From Basidiobolus meristosporus CBS 931.73 (lineage: Eukaryota > Fungi > Basidiobolomycota), in assembly GCA_002104905.1 (NCBI GenBank), contig MCFE01000052.1:62001-126000 (forward strand): a stretch of 64,000 nucleotides of DNA, given 5' to 3'. A program made the translations under genes and the position numbers. Under the pieces are notes generated by a model. The model did no database searches and was not told the origin of the DNA. It saw nothing but the letters and a program-made list of their open reading frames with translations. Below are positions 60,977 to 64,000 of this stretch, in pieces (the stretch's first letter is position 1; every line of letters begins with the position of its first letter).

Positions 60977-62035
60977 TTATGCATCGAGATAGCAGCAAGC
61001 CAGTAAGGCGAAGAGCAATGGGGTGGTAAATGAGATTAAGGTTGAGCTAGCTGCGTTGAAGAGGTCAATGGATGGTCTAATGGGGGGTCCGGTCAATGTG
61101 GGTGCAGGTATGCTCTGATTTGGATTGGATGATGGTGGATCGGCGAGATTCAACTGAGAAGACAAAACACCGGAGATCAGGTGGATCACACCATTGCTTG
61201 CGATCATGTCGGTATGAATGATCTCCACGCCATTCACGTAGGTTGAACCATTTTCAGATTTGAAAGTTAAGGCTTGATTCATCAACGTGCTAAGGTTTTG
61301 GGATTTACTAAATTCGGTGGAATATATCACGGCTGGAGAAGCCACATGAAGTTTAGCCATATCTGATAGCGCGGAGTCATTGAGCGTATCAATCTTGAAG
61401 AGTCCAAAGGCGCTCTCCACTGGAACAAAAACTGTCACGCCCTTCATGGAATCAATCAATCCAGCCATATTCGTCTTGATTAAAATCTCCGAAAATGTCC
61501 GCGTATTCATTGTAGAGACGAGTTGACTGGGTTTGTCGGGTATTGGGAGTATTTTGTCGATGATGTGCATAATTCCATTTGAGGCTTCCAGACCTGGTTT
61601 TGTAAGACTGGCGTTGGCAATTATTGTACTGTTATTATAAGTATGCACTGGAAGTACTTGTGATTTTCCGTTAGGGAGGTTGACCAGAGAAGGGTCACTG
61701 AGAAGACTGGGTAGAAGCTGTGTATTTTTTAGGTCGGTTGTTTTTACTGTTCCTGGAATGATGTGGTATTTCAAAATGTTGCTGAACGCGACCGAGTCCA
61801 GCATGTTGATATTGGCGCTCGAGAAGGCAGCGTTGTTGGGCGCGAACAAAGTGTATGGGCCCTTACTTGCGAGCAGACTTCTAACTTCCTCAGTGGTTGC
61901 ATTTGTCAAAAATGTTGAAAAGGTGCTTAGATCTTCGTTGGTGGAAACATTGTCACTTATGGTCTTTTGGGTATCCTGGCCCTGGCAATAGGTGAGGAGC
62001 AAAAGCGAGCTAAAAAGTAGGTGGGCCCACTTCAT
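60977..62035 (-). CDS. Fasciclin (2x FAS1) protein with signal peptide and GPI-like C-terminus
   Basis: TLFAPNNAAF / ILKYHII / NGIMHIIDKIL and TVFVPVESAF / NGVIHLISGVL; hydrophobic N- and C-termini. Confidence 0.92.
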   Translation of the reverse strand: MKWAHLLFSSLLLLTYCQGQDTQKTISDNVSTNEDLSTFSTFLTNATTEEVRSLLASKGPYTLFAPNNAAFSSANINMLDSVAFSNILKYHIIPGTVKTTDLKNTQLLPSLLSDPSLVNLPNGKSQVLPVHTYNNSTIIANASLTKPGLEASNGIMHIIDKILPIPDKPSQLVSTMNTRTFSEILIKTNMAGLIDSMKGVTVFVPVESAFGLFKIDTLNDSALSDMAKLHVASPAVIYSTEFSKSQNLSTLMNQALTFKSENGSTYVNGVEIIHTDMIASNGVIHLISGVLSSQLNLADPPSSNPNQSIPAPTLTGPPIRPSIDLFNAASSTLISFTTPLLFALLACCYLDA

Positions 62036-63387
62036 AAAGATGGTAGAGAAATCCGGAGTATACAAAGGTGCTAACGATGTTTAATTGCCATTGATAATAG
62101 GTGGTAAAATCCACCGTGTGAAAGAAATTCAACCATTCCCAAGTATCACAAATCATGGGGTGAAAGTTCGATGGAAGACTCTATACGCGTATCTCATAAA
62201 CTTGTTCACTTGCTCAGAGTCATGTGGACAGTGTTTCGAAATACAAATGATGATGCATGTCTAGTGTTGGATGTAGCGAATTTTAGCGATCTAACTAGTA
62301 GTAGTGTATTACTAGACCTACAGAGCACGTTCTATCATCTGGTTTATGTCATCAAATTGGCACAAATCCAAACAAAATATGCGCTGTGAATGGACAAATA
62401 GTAGTGGTTAGATTAGATCTCCCGGAAGAGGTGTTACAGTTCAATTGTTCTCCAAGGGCTACCACCCCATCCTGAATATGGACCATACTGCCGTGACGAA
62501 GTCCTGTCAGTCAAGAAGTGGGCCTCCCACAAGGAATCAGAATTGCATTGTGTCACTTTAAGCTAGGCTAATTTGTTGGAAATTCATTTGACTAGTGGCT
62601 TTGTTAAAAAGACTTCAAACTGTGCGCTTACCCTCTAAAACATACTCTTGCCAAGAATCTACAAATATCCCTTTTCACTTCATGAATTTTCTCCGGATAC
62701 CCAAAAAGTAATTCACATGCTTCGGGCCCAAACCCTACAGAAAGATGCTAGTTCTTATGAAATAGATTAATGCAACTTGCCAATCGACTAATATTTTAGC
62801 GCTTTGTGACTGATTTATGTATTTGAAGGAGCATTTAATCCTCAGATACAAAATTCACCCAACAATGAGCTCATGATTTACAAAGAACACATTTGAATAG
62901 AAATATCTGGTGATAGTTCAATTATCGGGATGTTCGATTCTTACAGAATTCCCTGTAGAAAACAAAGTACCTTCCAATATCCACAGCAACCTCTTCGATT
63001 AATTTGTTTCAGTCTGGCACTTGTGGTTGTAATGCAATCAGATATATGCACTTTTTAAGTTTGGTTTCTTCAGGCTAATTCCCGTTGGAGTCTGGCCTAT
63101 CCAATGTGTGAGTACAATTTCAAGCGAATTATGACATAGATTTCAATAGCCAGTTTTAGTGGAATCCAAGCATTTATGAATCCACTGGTACATCTTGATA
63201 TGAAAGCATTTGCCAGTAAAGATAGCTCTAATGTTGGTAAATATTTCCGAAACACTCTATATGCTGTATTTTAGGGTTGCTCAATGAAAGTTGCCTTCAT
63301 GTTGAGTTTATTTAACTACTATATTGATAAGTTGGTTTCATCAGTCTCATAAAATTACTATGCTCAATAGAATCGATTCTTGGGTCA

Positions 63388-64000
63388 TTACGTCAATAAG
63401 ATGGTAACTAAGCCGAAGACAATACCGCCTAAGTAAACACCGCCAATGTTGGAAGATGCGCCACTTTTAGGAGTTGTAGTTGGATTGGATCCACCAGTTG
63501 TGGTGCTGGAGTTAGACTGTTGCCCTGGGATCAACACTCCATCTAGAACATGAACTACACCGTTGCTTGTGAGTACATTCGCAGTGACCACCTTGGCCCC
63601 ATTGATGGTCACACTCCCATTGGCGATCTTCACGTTCAGCACATTCCCCTGCACTGTGGTCAGTTTGTCGCCATCCTTGAGGTCGGTGGAGTACTTGACA
63701 CCTGGACTGACCACATGGTACTTGAGGACGTTGGTGAGAGCGGTGGCATTCAGCGAGCCAGCATTGGCCTTCTTGAATGCCTCATCCACTGGGGCGAAGA
63801 TGGTAGCACCCTTCAGCCCGTCTACGGTTTCCACAAGATTGGCCTTGGTGAGAGCATCCACGAGGGCGGTGAGATTGGCATTGGACGCGGTCTGGCTGGG
63901 CTTCACCGGAGGCAACAGGACCTGATCAATGATGTGAATCACACCATTCGATGACTCGAGATCAGCCTTGACAACATTGGCACTCTTCAGTCCATACGCC
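63388..64000 (-). CDS. Second fasciclin protein, 5' part beyond the window end
   Basis: SSNGVIHIIDQVL, TIFAPVDEAF, VLKYHVV, NGVVHVLDGVL, an S/T linker and a GPI-like hydrophobic tail. Confidence 0.92.
   Translation of the reverse strand, partial: AYGLKSANVVKADLESSNGVIHIIDQVLLPPVKPSQTASNANLTALVDALTKANLVETVDGLKGATIFAPVDEAFKKANAGSLNATALTNVLKYHVVSPGVKYSTDLKDGDKLTTVQGNVLNVKIANGSVTINGAKVVTANVLTSNGVVHVLDGVLIPGQQSNSSTTTGGSNPTTTPKSGASSNIGGVYLGGIVFGLVTILLT

Overview
Eukaryotic (fungal) genomic DNA with short GT-AG introns of about 50-70 nt. Gene content suggests an early-diverging fungus (Zoopagomycota/Mucoromycota grade, possibly Basidiobolus-like); this is inference only. Bases 1-7800 form an almost CpG-free transposon block. 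It holds a complete but dead Ty1/copia element (2483-7157, 346-bp LTRs, ATTCT target-site duplication), a second truncated copy, a solo LTR and LTR scraps. The rest is a compact gene array: C2H2 transcription factor, Sly41-like TPT transporter, RMT2, Ctr copper transporter, RTF1, SPX-RING E3, YHM2, RluA-type pseudouridine synthase, DUF423/TMEM256, trehalose phosphorylase, Mic12-like protein, eIF3c (NIP1), Old Yellow Enzyme, RRP4, NUDT19-like Nudix, Git3-type GPCR, Pho80-type cyclin and two fasciclins. Three observations stand out. (1) A six-exon gene at 27052-29254, only partly seen by the ORF track, encodes a ubiquitin-like/RA-type domain fused N-terminally to what I recognise as the conserved core of animal ANKFN1/Nmf9/WIDE AWAKE, with no ankyrin or FN3 domains. 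(2) Three NCS1 permease genes have ~99% identical coding exons but unrelated introns and flanks (concerted evolution), arranged as direct and inverted repeats around essential eIF3c. (3) The LTR copies carry direct sequence evidence of CpG-methylation-driven decay that is confined to the transposon block. All similarity calls are from memory of the families and were not computed.
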